Origin: Bdellovibrionales bacterium
GTDB taxonomy: Bacteria > Bdellovibrionota > Bdellovibrionia > Bdellovibrionales > JAGQZY01
Length of the DNA: 64,000 nt
Reading direction: 5' to 3'
NCBI GenBank assembly: GCA_031426555.1
Contig: JANPLN010000030.1
Location: 13,125-77,124, forward strand
Under the pieces are notes generated by a model. The model was not told the DNA's origin. It ran no database searches and saw only the letters and a program-made list of their open reading frames with translations. A program made the position numbers and the translations under genes. Below are positions 17,402 through 26,722 of the stretch, one piece after another (the stretch's first letter is position 1; each line of letters begins with the position of its first letter).

Positions 17402-18138
17402 AATGGGCTCATCAGATTTGTATAATTAAAAACTTCGAGAACTCTTTTTTGCTCTTCAAATAACTGTGCACAGCCTTTTTGCGCGAGGTCGATCATCGCT
17501 TGCAATTGCGCTTGGGTGAATGGTTTTTCCTCGGCCGTGCCTTGAATTTCGACAAAATCACCATTCGAGTTCATCACAAAGTTGGCGTCGGTATCGGCGG
17601 TGGAATCCTCTTGGTAACAAAGGTCTAACGTGGGTTCGTTGGCAATCATGCCCACGCTGATGGCGCTGACAAAACTGCGAATGGGCGCCTGCATATTCGG
17701 CTCTTTTTTCTTCATGTAACTCAACGCCTGCACAAGAGCTACAAAACCACCGGTAATGGCGGCCGTGCGAGTGCCGCCGTCGGCTTGCAAAACATCACAG
17801 TCGATATTGATTTGTTTTTCTCCGAGTTTGTAAAGATCCACGGAGCTTCGCAAGCTTCGGGCAACGAGACGAGAGATTTCTTGAGTGCGTCCGCTGGAGG
17901 CTGCTTTTTCGCGGTTCATGCGCTCGTGGGTGGAGCGCGGAAGCATTCCGTATTCGGCCGTCACCCAACCTTTCCCTTGGTTTTGCAGCCATTTGGGTAC
18001 GGTGGGCTCAAGACTGGCGGTGCAGAGAACATGGGTGTGGCCGATTTTGATAAGGGCGCTGCCCTCGGCATAACGGTTCACTCCCACTTCGATGGAAAGT
18101 GGACGAAGATCTGAAAGTTTTCTTTGGTCGATGCGCAT
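17398..18138 (-). CDS. rph: Ribonuclease PH
   Basis: Start at ATG 18138 gives MRIDQRKLSDLRPLSIEVGVNRYAEGSALIKIGHTHVLCTASL...DCDVLQADGGTRTAAITG. The longer ORF to 18381 overlaps the amidase gene and is not credible. Confidence 0.9.
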   Translation of the reverse strand: MRIDQRKLSDLRPLSIEVGVNRYAEGSALIKIGHTHVLCTASLEPTVPKWLQNQGKGWVTAEYGMLPRSTHERMNREKAASSGRTQEISRLVARSLRSSVDLYKLGEKQINIDCDVLQADGGTRTAAITGGFVALVQALSYMKKKEPNMQAPIRSFVSAISVGMIANEPTLDLCYQEDSTADTDANFVMNSNGDFVEIQGTAEEKPFTQAQLQAMIDLAQKGCAQLFEEQKRVLEVFNYTNLMSPF

Positions 18139-18143
18139 GGGGG

Positions 18144-18905
18144 CTACTTTAGTGCTTTGGAGTGGCCCTTGTCGAGAGTTTCTTTGTAGTCTTTGAGGCC
18201 TTGGTAGATGGCCTGAGCGATTTCTTTTTGGTAGGAGGGGGTGTTGAGCCGTTTGGCTTCTTTTTCGTTCGTCAAAAATCCAATTTCGATCAAAATAGAT
18301 GGAATGGTGTCTTGCTGGATCACATAAAAGGGACCTTGCTTCACAGTGTCGACCCGTTTTTTCGAAAATGGAACTTTCCAATGATCCACGATGTGCCAGC
18401 TGAGCTCGTAGCTTTTCAAGGTGTTCATGGATTTTTGCATATCGTGGAGGATGGATGTCACATCACCCTTGGCGCGCTTTTTTTTGAGAGTTTCATTTTG
18501 GTTTTCATGGTGAGCTAAACGCAAGCTGTCTTCATTGGGCGCTAGTTCATTGCGAAAATAAATTTCCATGCCTTGCGTGTGGGAATCCGGAGACGAATTG
18601 GCATGGATGCTCACAAAAAGTTGTGCATTGTTTTTTTGTGCTTTTTTAACTCGGTGCTGAAGCTCTAGTACGGAATTGTCGGGGCGAGTGAGGAAAGCGC
18701 TATATTCGGGATCCGCGTTGAGAATTTTTTCGAGGTTTTGCGAAATTCCTAAAACCACTGTCGATTCGCGAATTCCACCGCGCGTGGCGCCGGCATCGGT
18801 TCCGCCATGACCCGCATCAATGGCAATTGTTAAGGGCCCTTCTAGTGGAACAGCTAGGGCAACGACCGACTGAAAAAAAAGAGTCAGCGCCCACACAAAC
18901 CACAT
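18144..18905 (-). CDS. N-acetylmuramoyl-L-alanine amidase (Amidase_3, AmiC-like)
   Basis: Signal peptide, then IAIDAGHGGTDAGA ... FVSIHANS ... LIEIGFLTN zinc-amidase blocks. Confidence 0.88.
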   Translation of the reverse strand: MWFVWALTLFFQSVVALAVPLEGPLTIAIDAGHGGTDAGATRGGIRESTVVLGISQNLEKILNADPEYSAFLTRPDNSVLELQHRVKKAQKNNAQLFVSIHANSSPDSHTQGMEIYFRNELAPNEDSLRLAHHENQNETLKKKRAKGDVTSILHDMQKSMNTLKSYELSWHIVDHWKVPFSKKRVDTVKQGPFYVIQQDTIPSILIEIGFLTNEKEAKRLNTPSYQKEIAQAIYQGLKDYKETLDKGHSKALK

Positions 18906-19801
18906 TAGAACAGGAGTCCAAGTTTAAGAGAAATGACATTGGTGGTGACATCGCCCGACGGAAAATAATAATAGGCGATTTCGAAGGGAAGCGTGTAGCC
19001 ATTCAAATGAAACTCCATACCACCGCCAAATTCACCAATGGCTAAACTGTCGATAGAACCTTCAATAATAATGTCCGACGACTTTGACATTGGATAAAGA
19101 ATTCCCAGGCCACCAATTAAATAAAAGCTGGAGGATTTGCTTTTTGAAAACGACCAGTGAAAAAGAGCGTCCATTGTGAGGTAAGTGATATCGGTGCCGG
19201 TGGCGGTGACAACCGAAAGGTTTGAAAGAGGGCGACCGTCACCGGTGACCGAGAAAAATTCCGCACCCAGCATTCCACGAAAGTAGACAGACTGAAAAAG
19301 TGGATAATCGTAGAGACCGCGAAGAGCAATACTGCTTCCGCTTTGCGAAGATTGTCCAAGGGTTCCTTGGTCCACATCTTGGCTCGCCATTCCGTACCCG
19401 GCTAGAACGCCGACGCGAGACTGGGGGTACTGGGAAGAGCTGTCGTCCTCGTCAGCGCTTTGGTCTTCGGCCACCACAGATGGGGCCTTCTTCGCTTTTT
19501 TGCCAGCCGCTTTAAAAGTTGTTGTGTAACCTTTGTCGGCTTTGCCTTTTTTAAGGAGTCCGATGGCTTTTCGACCTTTAAACTTTTTGATTTGTACGAG
19601 GCCTAACTTTTTACCCTCGGCATTGTTCAATATAAAGTAGTCGTTGGTTGTGAACGGCTCTTCTTGGTCAAACATGATGTAAACTTTGGAGCCTTTTACC
19701 TTCATGACTTTTCCCGCGTGGGCAGTAAAAGAAAAACTGAACAATAACAAAGAGATCAAGATGCTAAAATATTTCATAGACGTCCTCTTTTGGGTTCTCA
19801 A
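18905..19801 (-). CDS. Putative outer-membrane beta-barrel protein
   Basis: Signal peptide (FSFSFTAHA), a Lys-rich N-domain, and an acidic/Ser linker. The C-terminal half has alternating hydrophobic residues and ends in ...LKLGLLF (terminal Phe). Confidence 0.5.
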   Translation of the reverse strand: MRTQKRTSMKYFSILISLLLFSFSFTAHAGKVMKVKGSKVYIMFDQEEPFTTNDYFILNNAEGKKLGLVQIKKFKGRKAIGLLKKGKADKGYTTTFKAAGKKAKKAPSVVAEDQSADEDDSSSQYPQSRVGVLAGYGMASQDVDQGTLGQSSQSGSSIALRGLYDYPLFQSVYFRGMLGAEFFSVTGDGRPLSNLSVVTATGTDITYLTMDALFHWSFSKSKSSSFYLIGGLGILYPMSKSSDIIIEGSIDSLAIGEFGGGMEFHLNGYTLPFEIAYYYFPSGDVTTNVISLKLGLLF

Positions 19802-19850
19802 TGAACTCCCTATTATTTTAGAAGACGTCGGTGGAAATAACTATGAGATT

Positions 19851-19883
19851 GTCTTTGCGGCCCCACTTAGGGCCAGGCAAAGA
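19851..19883. terminator. Hairpin downstream of ssb
   Basis: Stem GTCTTTGC...GCAAAGAC with an inner GGCCC/GGGCC. T7 follows on the plus strand. No T-run follows the stem on the minus strand (the ssb-sense side), so it does not look like a canonical terminator for ssb. Confidence 0.45.
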
Positions 19884-19914
19884 CTGAGAGTTTTTTTAAT
19901 ATAATTCGAAATGC

Positions 19915-20340
19915 TTAGAAAGGAATTTCTTCGTGGGAATCAAAGCTCGGTTCAGGAGAGAAGTCCGCTGCTGGAGCCGACGAACCCATGCCCGCGCCCA
20001 TGCCTCTTTCATTCGGGGCACCAAGAAACTGAACAGTGGTCGCTACAACCTCTGTTGTGTAGCGTTTTTGTCCCTGTTGATCTTCCCAGTTGCGAGTTTG
20101 CAATTTGCCTTCAACGTACACTTGGCGACCTTTGCTTAAGTGCTGGCGACAAACTTCGGCCAATTTTGCCCAAACAACAATGCGGTGCCATTCTGTGCGT
20201 TCTTGTTTTTGTCCATCGCGATCCACCCAGTTTTCACTGGTGGCGATGTTAAAATTGGCCACACTTTGTCCTGAAGACAGTGTTTTAAGTTCAGGATCTG
20301 CGCCCAAGCGACCGACGAGAATGACTTTGTTTACTGACAT
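19915..20340 (-). CDS. ssb: Single-stranded DNA-binding protein
   Basis: [19 protein letters not shown]... OB fold, a Gly-rich linker, and the acidic C-terminal tip EEIPF. Confidence 0.95.
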   Translation of the reverse strand: MSVNKVILVGRLGADPELKTLSSGQSVANFNIATSENWVDRDGQKQERTEWHRIVVWAKLAEVCRQHLSKGRQVYVEGKLQTRNWEDQQGQKRYTTEVVATTVQFLGAPNERGMGAGMGSSAPAADFSPEPSFDSHEEIPF

Positions 20341-20392
20341 AATTCCCCCATTTGTTGGTGATCAATCGTTATACTGAGGATGCTGCGCGGAA

Positions 20393-20409
20393 TGCAAACG
20401 GAGTTTGCA
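20393..20409. promoter_or_regulatory. Perfect 7-3-7 palindrome in the ssb upstream region (candidate operator)
   Basis: TGCAAAC-GGA-GTTTGCA. On the ssb strand it overlaps a TTGCAT-N18-TATAAC promoter-like pair. Confidence 0.3.
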
Positions 20410-20451
20410 AAAGGTGCAGATGGTCGACTGGCACATGACGACATGCCCAAC

Positions 20452-20616
20452 TTTACAGCACTTTAAGTTTCTGAATTCTTCCAAAAACTCAAATTGTAAG
20501 GAAAAAGACCTCTCGCCAACAGGATGTTGGATCTGCGAGTTGAGCCCACGACGGGCGCGTCTTTTTTCTTACAATTTGAGTTTTTGTAAGAATTCAGAAA
20601 CTTAAAGTGCTGTAAA
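20452..20616. repeat. Giant hairpin B: 58-bp stem, 49-nt loop
   Basis: 20452-20509 pairs with 20559-20616 (position sum 41068), with one mismatch (20481/20587) and one G-T (20501/20567). The right arm covers the last 5 codons and the stop of the gspN-like gene. The loop contains the core motif on the minus strand. Confidence 0.95.
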
Positions 20617-21591
20617 ATTAGGCATTGGGTCGCTAAATCCGTTCGCCTGGACGCGAAATGCGTAGCGCAGGCCTTCGCTGGTGGTTGTACTGTATTTGCC
20701 GAGATATCCTTGAATGGCATCAGCGGCACTGCCGAGCTTGGCTTGCATGGATTTTTTTAAATTTAAATCCACAGCCAAGCTGTAGAAGCCAACGGTGGGA
20801 GTTCCTCCGGGGAATACACGGATGTCCATTTCACCGGAAATTTTTAAAATCATCTCGTCAGAGCCACTGCCGAGCTGAGTCTCTTTGAGCAAAAGCTTTC
20901 CATTCTTTAACGTGCCTTTGAGAACGACTTTTTGAAAACTCATGGCGGGAAGAGCCATGGGGCCAAAACCCGTTGCGATTTCGAACTGCGGAATGATCAA
21001 TTTTGCCAGGCTCATTTCAATCACGCCCTCGGGCTGGGTTTTCATCGATGGATCCAAATCCATCTTCGCGGTCAGTTGCCCGAGCGCAGACGGGGATACC
21101 GGCCAGTTGGGGCCCAAACTTTTTGCGAGAATTTTAACATCAAAATCAGAGTAGTTCAGATCGAGCTCGATCGCCTGCGGATCTTTGATTTTTGAACTCG
21201 CACTGGTTGAGGCCTCGAGCGTTCCGCCAAAAAGACCTTCAGCATCGATGTTGACGTGGGGCTTTAGAACTTTGGTAAAAGCAAATTGAATACAAGCGAG
21301 CACTGATGGTGCCACCTTCAAGTACTTCACTTCGACCTGCTCGATCATAGGACTTTCCACCAGCGCTTGCTTCATGATGACGGCTGGACGGGGAAAAAAC
21401 GACAGGTCCATGCTCTCAAATTCTAGATAAATAAGGCCACTGGCGTTGGTTTCGGCGACGATCTTTTCGCCAAGCTCAGTCAGTGGAAAAAACACCACGG
21501 AAAAAACCAAACAGCACAACAAAAACATGACGATCTTCATTTTGTGAAACAAAAAAATCGTCTTTATAAAATCAATCACTGTTCGTAGCAT
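20602..21591 (-). CDS. gspN: Type II secretion system protein N-like
   Basis: 329 aa with a single N-terminal TM. It is the last gene of the gsp operon, directly after gspM. Assignment is by position and topology only. Confidence 0.5.
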   Translation of the reverse strand: MLRTVIDFIKTIFLFHKMKIVMFLLCCLVFSVVFFPLTELGEKIVAETNASGLIYLEFESMDLSFFPRPAVIMKQALVESPMIEQVEVKYLKVAPSVLACIQFAFTKVLKPHVNIDAEGLFGGTLEASTSASSKIKDPQAIELDLNYSDFDVKILAKSLGPNWPVSPSALGQLTAKMDLDPSMKTQPEGVIEMSLAKLIIPQFEIATGFGPMALPAMSFQKVVLKGTLKNGKLLLKETQLGSGSDEMILKISGEMDIRVFPGGTPTVGFYSLAVDLNLKKSMQAKLGSAADAIQGYLGKYSTTTSEGLRYAFRVQANGFSDPMPNFTAL

Positions 21592-21592
21592 C

Positions 21593-22243
21593 TTATCTCT
21601 TCTTTTTACCCGGGGTGGGCTCGTCTTTCATCGGGAGTGAAAGGGAACTCATGGTGAATTTGACTTGAAAGTAATGGGGATCTTCTTTGTCCGCTTGAAT
21701 ATCAACGCCTGCGAGTTTGGTGTTGGGATGCATGGCCGAGAGTTTTTGGCTGAGCTGAACAATTTGCGTGAGGTTCAATTTTTTAAGCTCAATGGAAAGG
21801 CCTTCTTGTTGGATAGGTCCGGAAACCATTTTGCTGGGAAGGGGTTTATTAACCGGCACATAAGCGCCTTTTTGCGATTCAATGATCTGTGTGCTGGTGA
21901 TCTGTGCATCAATCAATGAGCGCATTTCATCGAAGCTCAGCCCTTTGAATTGATCTGTGCGAATCACCGGGTTGCGAGCTGTGCGAAACAAATCGCGAAT
22001 CAACCGGCGGTTGACCTGAAAACTTTCTTCATAGGTTTTTGACGACGACACGAAGGACTCAGGAATGAGATAAATTGCAAAACCAAGAAAAAAAACCCCA
22101 CCGAAAATCAAAAGGTTTTGCACCACCGGATTAAAATTTCGGTAGCGCTCCATCAGCTGGATATAGAGGGAGTTTTCCTGGACGCGGGCAAGCAGCTGCT
22201 GAAGGGCTTCTACAATCTTTTCTTTTAGATCCGAAAAATTCAC
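21593..22243 (-). CDS. gspM: Type II secretion system protein M-like
   Basis: 216 aa, bitopic (LLIFGGVFFLGFAIYLI). It lies between the gspL-like and gspN-like genes and is translationally coupled to both. Confidence 0.55.
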   Translation of the reverse strand: MNFSDLKEKIVEALQQLLARVQENSLYIQLMERYRNFNPVVQNLLIFGGVFFLGFAIYLIPESFVSSSKTYEESFQVNRRLIRDLFRTARNPVIRTDQFKGLSFDEMRSLIDAQITSTQIIESQKGAYVPVNKPLPSKMVSGPIQQEGLSIELKKLNLTQIVQLSQKLSAMHPNTKLAGVDIQADKEDPHYFQVKFTMSSLSLPMKDEPTPGKKKR

Positions 22244-23871
22244 AATGTTCCCTTCATCGTAAAGCTAAAAGCAAACGCGACGCCTTTGTCCTCTGTGAGC
22301 GTGGTTTTTTCGGTGCGAACCTTGTTATTGATCGACATGGGTTCGAGTTTCTTGCGAATCAGATCCACAGTGTTTCTTTGCTCGGCGATACCTTCCAGGG
22401 AAACCTGTGCGTTATTCACACTGACCTTGCGGATGTCGTAGGTTGTTTGCTTATTAGAGGGCAAGGTTGAACTCAGAAGATTGACCACCTTCATCGAAGG
22501 TTCAATGTCTTGAATCTTCGAAAAGATTTTGGCATTTTTCACTTTATCTTGCTCTTGCAGGATGAAGCGCTCAATCCCTTCGGGAGTGGCCTGCGCCCCG
22601 CGAAGGTTTGCGATGGTACCAGCGTGTTTTTGCAGTTCTTGAAATGTGGCATCGTCCAAGCCAACCGCCACCTTTTCGCGCACAAACCCGTAGCCCGTGT
22701 AGAGGACATAAGCAACGGCCGCGAGAGTGAGTGCGTGGCCCCACTTACTCCACGTTTTTTCCCAAAACAGATTGCGCTTGATACTCTCACCTTGGCGCAG
22801 GTTGATTGCAGGATTTTTAGGTCGTTTTAGACCTTCCACCGCAAGACCGATAGCAATGGGAAGTTGTTCTGCCATGTGGGAAACGGCTTGCACTTGGCGC
22901 GGTTGCAAAAGATCGCCGATGACGCTTTCGCTGTTAAAAGGAATACCCACATTTTTAGTGAGGTGAGCATTGATATTTTCGATGCGACTGAGGGGGCCTG
23001 ATAATTGCGCAAAGCCGATGGTTCCACGAAAGCGATCTTGGCAATCCAGAATCGTCATTCGCAACTGTTGAGTAAAATCCAGCATGGATTTTTCGATGGT
23101 CTCTGAAAGTCGCAGCTCTTGAGCGGAGGCCCCGGCCATCATCATCAATAACCGCATTTGATCGGGAATCAGAGTTGCCGCTTGATCGTAGGGATAGTTA
23201 AAGGTTTTCATGAGTTCGAGGATCAAATTCTTTTCACCCCAAGAAATGGTTCGGGTCCAAACGAGTTGGCGCTGTTGATAGAGCGAAACCAACGTGTGGT
23301 CGTGGCGCACAAACAAGCGCATCATCATGGGAGTTGGAATGGTTTCTGGAGCACTCTGTAAGTACGACCCATTCTGCCAGTCTTCGACCAGGTTTGCAAA
23401 AGCCGCGCCCTCGGCACTAATGAGATCTGGATCGATCTGTACGCGCGCTAAAAGATCAACCAATTGAAGGACTTCTTTTTGTGGGGTCGCAAAAACCAGG
23501 ACGGCGGTTTCGTTGGCGTTTTGCGAAACTGTTTTGGCATCAAAAAAGCTGTAGTCGCTGCCAAAGGGAAGCTCTTCATCGAGTTCGAAAGGTAAACTTC
23601 GCAAAATATCGAGACGGCGAGAGAAGGGAAAGGAAAGATTGCGGGTGCTCACCAGACGCTGAGGAAGTCCAACGACCACAACTTTTTTATCCAGTTCGAA
23701 ATTCTCTTTGAGAAATTTGAGGCCCTGTAAAAGATCAAGTTCCCAGTTGTCGAGATCGTTGGGATTGAGTGGATAAAATTCGGCACGATTCACTTCGTAC
23801 CCGGCGCGATCGACCGTGATCTCTGCCAGCGCGATTCCATTATTGCTTATATCGATACCTATGGCCTTCAT
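22240..23871 (-). CDS. gspL: Type II secretion system protein L-like (PilM-type actin-like N-domain)
   Basis: MKAIGIDISNNGIALAEI... actin/PilM-like start, a central TM (HALTLAAVAYVLYTGYGF) and a periplasmic C-domain. Confidence 0.6.
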   Translation of the reverse strand: MKAIGIDISNNGIALAEITVDRAGYEVNRAEFYPLNPNDLDNWELDLLQGLKFLKENFELDKKVVVVGLPQRLVSTRNLSFPFSRRLDILRSLPFELDEELPFGSDYSFFDAKTVSQNANETAVLVFATPQKEVLQLVDLLARVQIDPDLISAEGAAFANLVEDWQNGSYLQSAPETIPTPMMMRLFVRHDHTLVSLYQQRQLVWTRTISWGEKNLILELMKTFNYPYDQAATLIPDQMRLLMMMAGASAQELRLSETIEKSMLDFTQQLRMTILDCQDRFRGTIGFAQLSGPLSRIENINAHLTKNVGIPFNSESVIGDLLQPRQVQAVSHMAEQLPIAIGLAVEGLKRPKNPAINLRQGESIKRNLFWEKTWSKWGHALTLAAVAYVLYTGYGFVREKVAVGLDDATFQELQKHAGTIANLRGAQATPEGIERFILQEQDKVKNAKIFSKIQDIEPSMKVVNLLSSTLPSNKQTTYDIRKVSVNNAQVSLEGIAEQRNTVDLIRKKLEPMSINNKVRTEKTTLTEDKGVAFAFSFTMKGTL

Positions 23872-23923
23872 ATGTCACAATTTTACTGGAACAAGAGCTG
23901 GGGTTCAAAGCTTATTTGTCGGC

Positions 23924-25231
23924 CTACTTAACGTCCTGGAAAATAACATAAGGAGGTCCCGGTGGCGCAGGCGCTTCTGCACTTTGGTCGGTATTTTGTT
24001 TCTCGAGCTTCCGTTGCTCCTCGATACACTTCTTCTGTTCGTCGCCCGCGGTGGGTTTGTCTTGGCAGATGCACTTGAATTTTTCTTCTCCGGCCACATC
24101 CGCGCATCTCTCGTCGACCGACGTGCTGGATAAACTTTTGCGAAGTCGAGACTGAACTTTTGCAAAATCAAAGACAATGGAAGTGATCTCGCGATTCAGG
24201 TTTCCCACATTTCCTATACAACTGATGCGGAAGTTGATTTCGGGATCAAAATACAGGGGAATTTTATCTTTATTAAAATTTGTCGTATTCACCCCAAAAC
24301 CGCCGATAAAACCAAAAAAATCTTTTTCGTCTTTAAACGGGCCGCCCAAGTTGACATCATTTCGGCGTTTCATAATTTCTGTGACCACTTGTTCGGTGAT
24401 TCCGGGGTCGAGAGCCATGAGCATGGTTTTGTCGGCGTAGTTCACGTTAATGCCCTTACCGCCAAAGACGGTGATGTTGGGAGCAAGAATCTCGTAGAGC
24501 TCGTCTTCCATCATTTTCACCATGTGCAGCTCGTCGATGATTTTGAAGGGTTGGTTGGGGGGGATGTACTGGCTTTGCATATCGCGGTAGTGCGATCCCT
24601 CATCGCCACCCATCAAACTGTTTTTATCGGCATCAATCCAATCGGTGACATGATTGAGCAGATCCTCAAACTTGAAGTTATAATATTTTTTCGAAAAATC
24701 GCCTTGCTCGCGAACTTTTGCCTGGAAGATATCAAGGATTTGCGCCCGTGTTTTTTCGCGGATCACTTTGGATGGAGACGCCAAATCATTGATATCGATT
24801 TTTCCACTTTCACTGGAAATCTGTGAGCTAAAGCGGTGTTTAAAGGTGCTTTGTTTGTTGGCCTTTTTAATTTCGTCTTGATTTGCCATGGACATATCGT
24901 TGTCGGTGGGCAAAGCAAGCGGCCAGGACAAAGGAAACTGCCAAATAATATCCAACATCGACGTGTCGATCATCTGCGGCTGACCGGGCTGCGCGCCACC
25001 GAGGCTGCGCGTGGCCTGCTGATAGGTTTTGATGCGCAAAAGGCTGAGCTCTGTACAGGCTTTTGCAGCGTAATAAGCTTGCACTCGCTTAACCGTGTTG
25101 AGCGAGCCTTGATATTCAACGACCGTGTCTTTTGATATTTCCAAAGCAATAAACATCAGTAAGCTCATAAAAAATACCGAAAATAAAATCGCCGAGCCTT
25201 TTTGATTGCGTAAAAGTTGAAACGACATCAT
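23924..25231 (-). CDS. gspK: Type II secretion minor pseudopilin GspK
   Basis: N-terminus QKGSAILFSVFFMSLLMFIALE lacks Phe+1, which is typical of GspK. Size is 435 aa. The C-terminal tail is Cys-rich. Confidence 0.7.
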   Translation of the reverse strand: MMSFQLLRNQKGSAILFSVFFMSLLMFIALEISKDTVVEYQGSLNTVKRVQAYYAAKACTELSLLRIKTYQQATRSLGGAQPGQPQMIDTSMLDIIWQFPLSWPLALPTDNDMSMANQDEIKKANKQSTFKHRFSSQISSESGKIDINDLASPSKVIREKTRAQILDIFQAKVREQGDFSKKYYNFKFEDLLNHVTDWIDADKNSLMGGDEGSHYRDMQSQYIPPNQPFKIIDELHMVKMMEDELYEILAPNITVFGGKGINVNYADKTMLMALDPGITEQVVTEIMKRRNDVNLGGPFKDEKDFFGFIGGFGVNTTNFNKDKIPLYFDPEINFRISCIGNVGNLNREITSIVFDFAKVQSRLRKSLSSTSVDERCADVAGEEKFKCICQDKPTAGDEQKKCIEEQRKLEKQNTDQSAEAPAPPGPPYVIFQDVK

Positions 25232-26139
25232 TGCGTAAGTCCCGGTGGGGGAGTGGTGGTAGGCGTGCCCTGTTGCCCGGCTGTGCCTGCGGGAGCAAAG
25301 CGCTTGGCTGGATCCGTATTGTTGGGAAAGCGAATGGTGGCGATGATTGTTTGGCGAAATTTGCCAATCTCTTTATTGTCTTTGTCGTGCACCTCTAAAA
25401 CCACGCGTACCATGTTTGGAAATATATTTTGCGTTTGCGGGGAGCCGTTGTTGTCGGTGAGCCAACTCTTTTTCCATTCCTTGTCATTTTGATCTTCGCT
25501 GAGGTATTCAAAATGAAAATCACTCACATTTTCCACAAGCGGTGTGGCCATGCCGCCGCGAGTGACGTCGTTATCAATGAGGGTTGAGGCTCGTCGCCAC
25601 AAACATCGGCTCGTTTTGTCGGTGACGCGGGATTTGCAATCGGCAAGGTAGTAGCCCACTTCGCTCTGGTTGCTTTCCTGCGCATTGAATGTGGTGCGCT
25701 GGTGGTTGAGCGTTGTGAAATGCAATTGGTCGTCCTTGCCGATAAATTGTGTGAGTCGTTCGGGTGGTGGAGGCAAAGTGAGGTCTTCCCCATCGGCGGT
25801 TGTTGCCACCTGGGGGGGTGGTTGGCCGGGAACGGTTCCTTGCTGCGACTGAATTTGTTGCGCGATCACCTGGCGATCGAGTTCGTAAAGAGCGTACTGG
25901 TAATGAAACGCGCGTTCCACGTCTGTGGCTACGATGCGAAGGGCATCAAACACCACGGTTTCGGTTTTGAGTCGCGCATCGATTTTATTTTTATTTAAGA
26001 GAGCGCCTTTAATCGCTCGCGAGGCAATGAGGGCCATGACCGCCAAGATCCCAAGCACAATCAAAGTTTCGAGAAGGGAAAAGCCTTGGGATTTAATTCG
26101 TTTCGCCGGTCGTACCGTTGTTTCCGCCTGAACCATCAT
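25228..26139 (-). CDS. gspJ: Type II secretion minor pseudopilin GspJ-like
   Basis: Prepilin signal KSQGFSLLETLIVLGILAVMALIA. Start taken at ATG 26139. This overlaps the previous gene's Gly-rich tail by about 47 nt. Confidence 0.6.
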   Translation of the reverse strand: MMVQAETTVRPAKRIKSQGFSLLETLIVLGILAVMALIASRAIKGALLNKNKIDARLKTETVVFDALRIVATDVERAFHYQYALYELDRQVIAQQIQSQQGTVPGQPPPQVATTADGEDLTLPPPPERLTQFIGKDDQLHFTTLNHQRTTFNAQESNQSEVGYYLADCKSRVTDKTSRCLWRRASTLIDNDVTRGGMATPLVENVSDFHFEYLSEDQNDKEWKKSWLTDNNGSPQTQNIFPNMVRVVLEVHDKDNKEIGKFRQTIIATIRFPNNTDPAKRFAPAGTAGQQGTPTTTPPPGLTQ

Positions 26140-26722
26140 TCCCTCCTCCCCCGGTGACTCCACCGCCGTTTGCTCCGCCGCCGCCAAGACTTGGTAAGGG
26201 CAGTGTTTGCGAATAATCGATTAAAAATGTCGAAGCCGAATATTGCACCGTATTTTTTTTGTACTTGTAAATGATGGTGACGGTGAGCTCCCGCACCGAC
26301 TGATTAAAAAAATCCGTCATTTGCTGGATGATCATAGTAAACATGGGATTTTGTGCATCGCCACCGCTTTGCTGCGAAAGGAGGGGGCCGAGATCTGGCA
26401 TTTCAAATTTTTTCGAGACCATTTTCCAAGCGTAGTCTTTGTAAGTGGTGTCGAGATCGGCAAAGTCGCCCTCGTCGTCTTCAGGTAAAAGTGAAATTTC
26501 GTTGCGGTACCGTCGGTCCAGTTCGGCCACCTTCAGATCAAGTAGATAGGCCACTTGATGATTCACTTTCATTTTTTTAAGACGCAAATTACTTGTCGAC
26601 CACGCCATGGACACAACAATCAAAGCACCTGCGATCACCGACAGTGCCACCAGCACTTCGATCAAGGAGAATCCTCTTTGGGTTTTCAAAGGAGTCATCG
26701 GTCGAATCGATACCAGACTCAT
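26093..26722 (-). CDS. gspI: Type II secretion minor pseudopilin GspI-like with Gly-rich C-terminal tail
   Basis: Prepilin signal TQRGFSLIEVLVALSVIAGALIV. The tail is GGGGANGGGVTGGGGNDGSGGNNGTTGETN. Confidence 0.55.
   Translation of the reverse strand: MSLVSIRPMTPLKTQRGFSLIEVLVALSVIAGALIVVSMAWSTSNLRLKKMKVNHQVAYLLDLKVAELDRRYRNEISLLPEDDEGDFADLDTTYKDYAWKMVSKKFEMPDLGPLLSQQSGGDAQNPMFTMIIQQMTDFFNQSVRELTVTIIYKYKKNTVQYSASTFLIDYSQTLPLPSLGGGGANGGGVTGGGGNDGSGGNNGTTGETN

Noticed and set aside
18139-18381. An 81-codon N-terminal extension of the rph ORF overlaps the amidase gene.
   Set aside because: RNase PH homology starts at MRIDQRK (ATG 18138). The extension is Arg/Pro/Gln-rich junk in the antisense-frame region of the upstream gene's 3' end.
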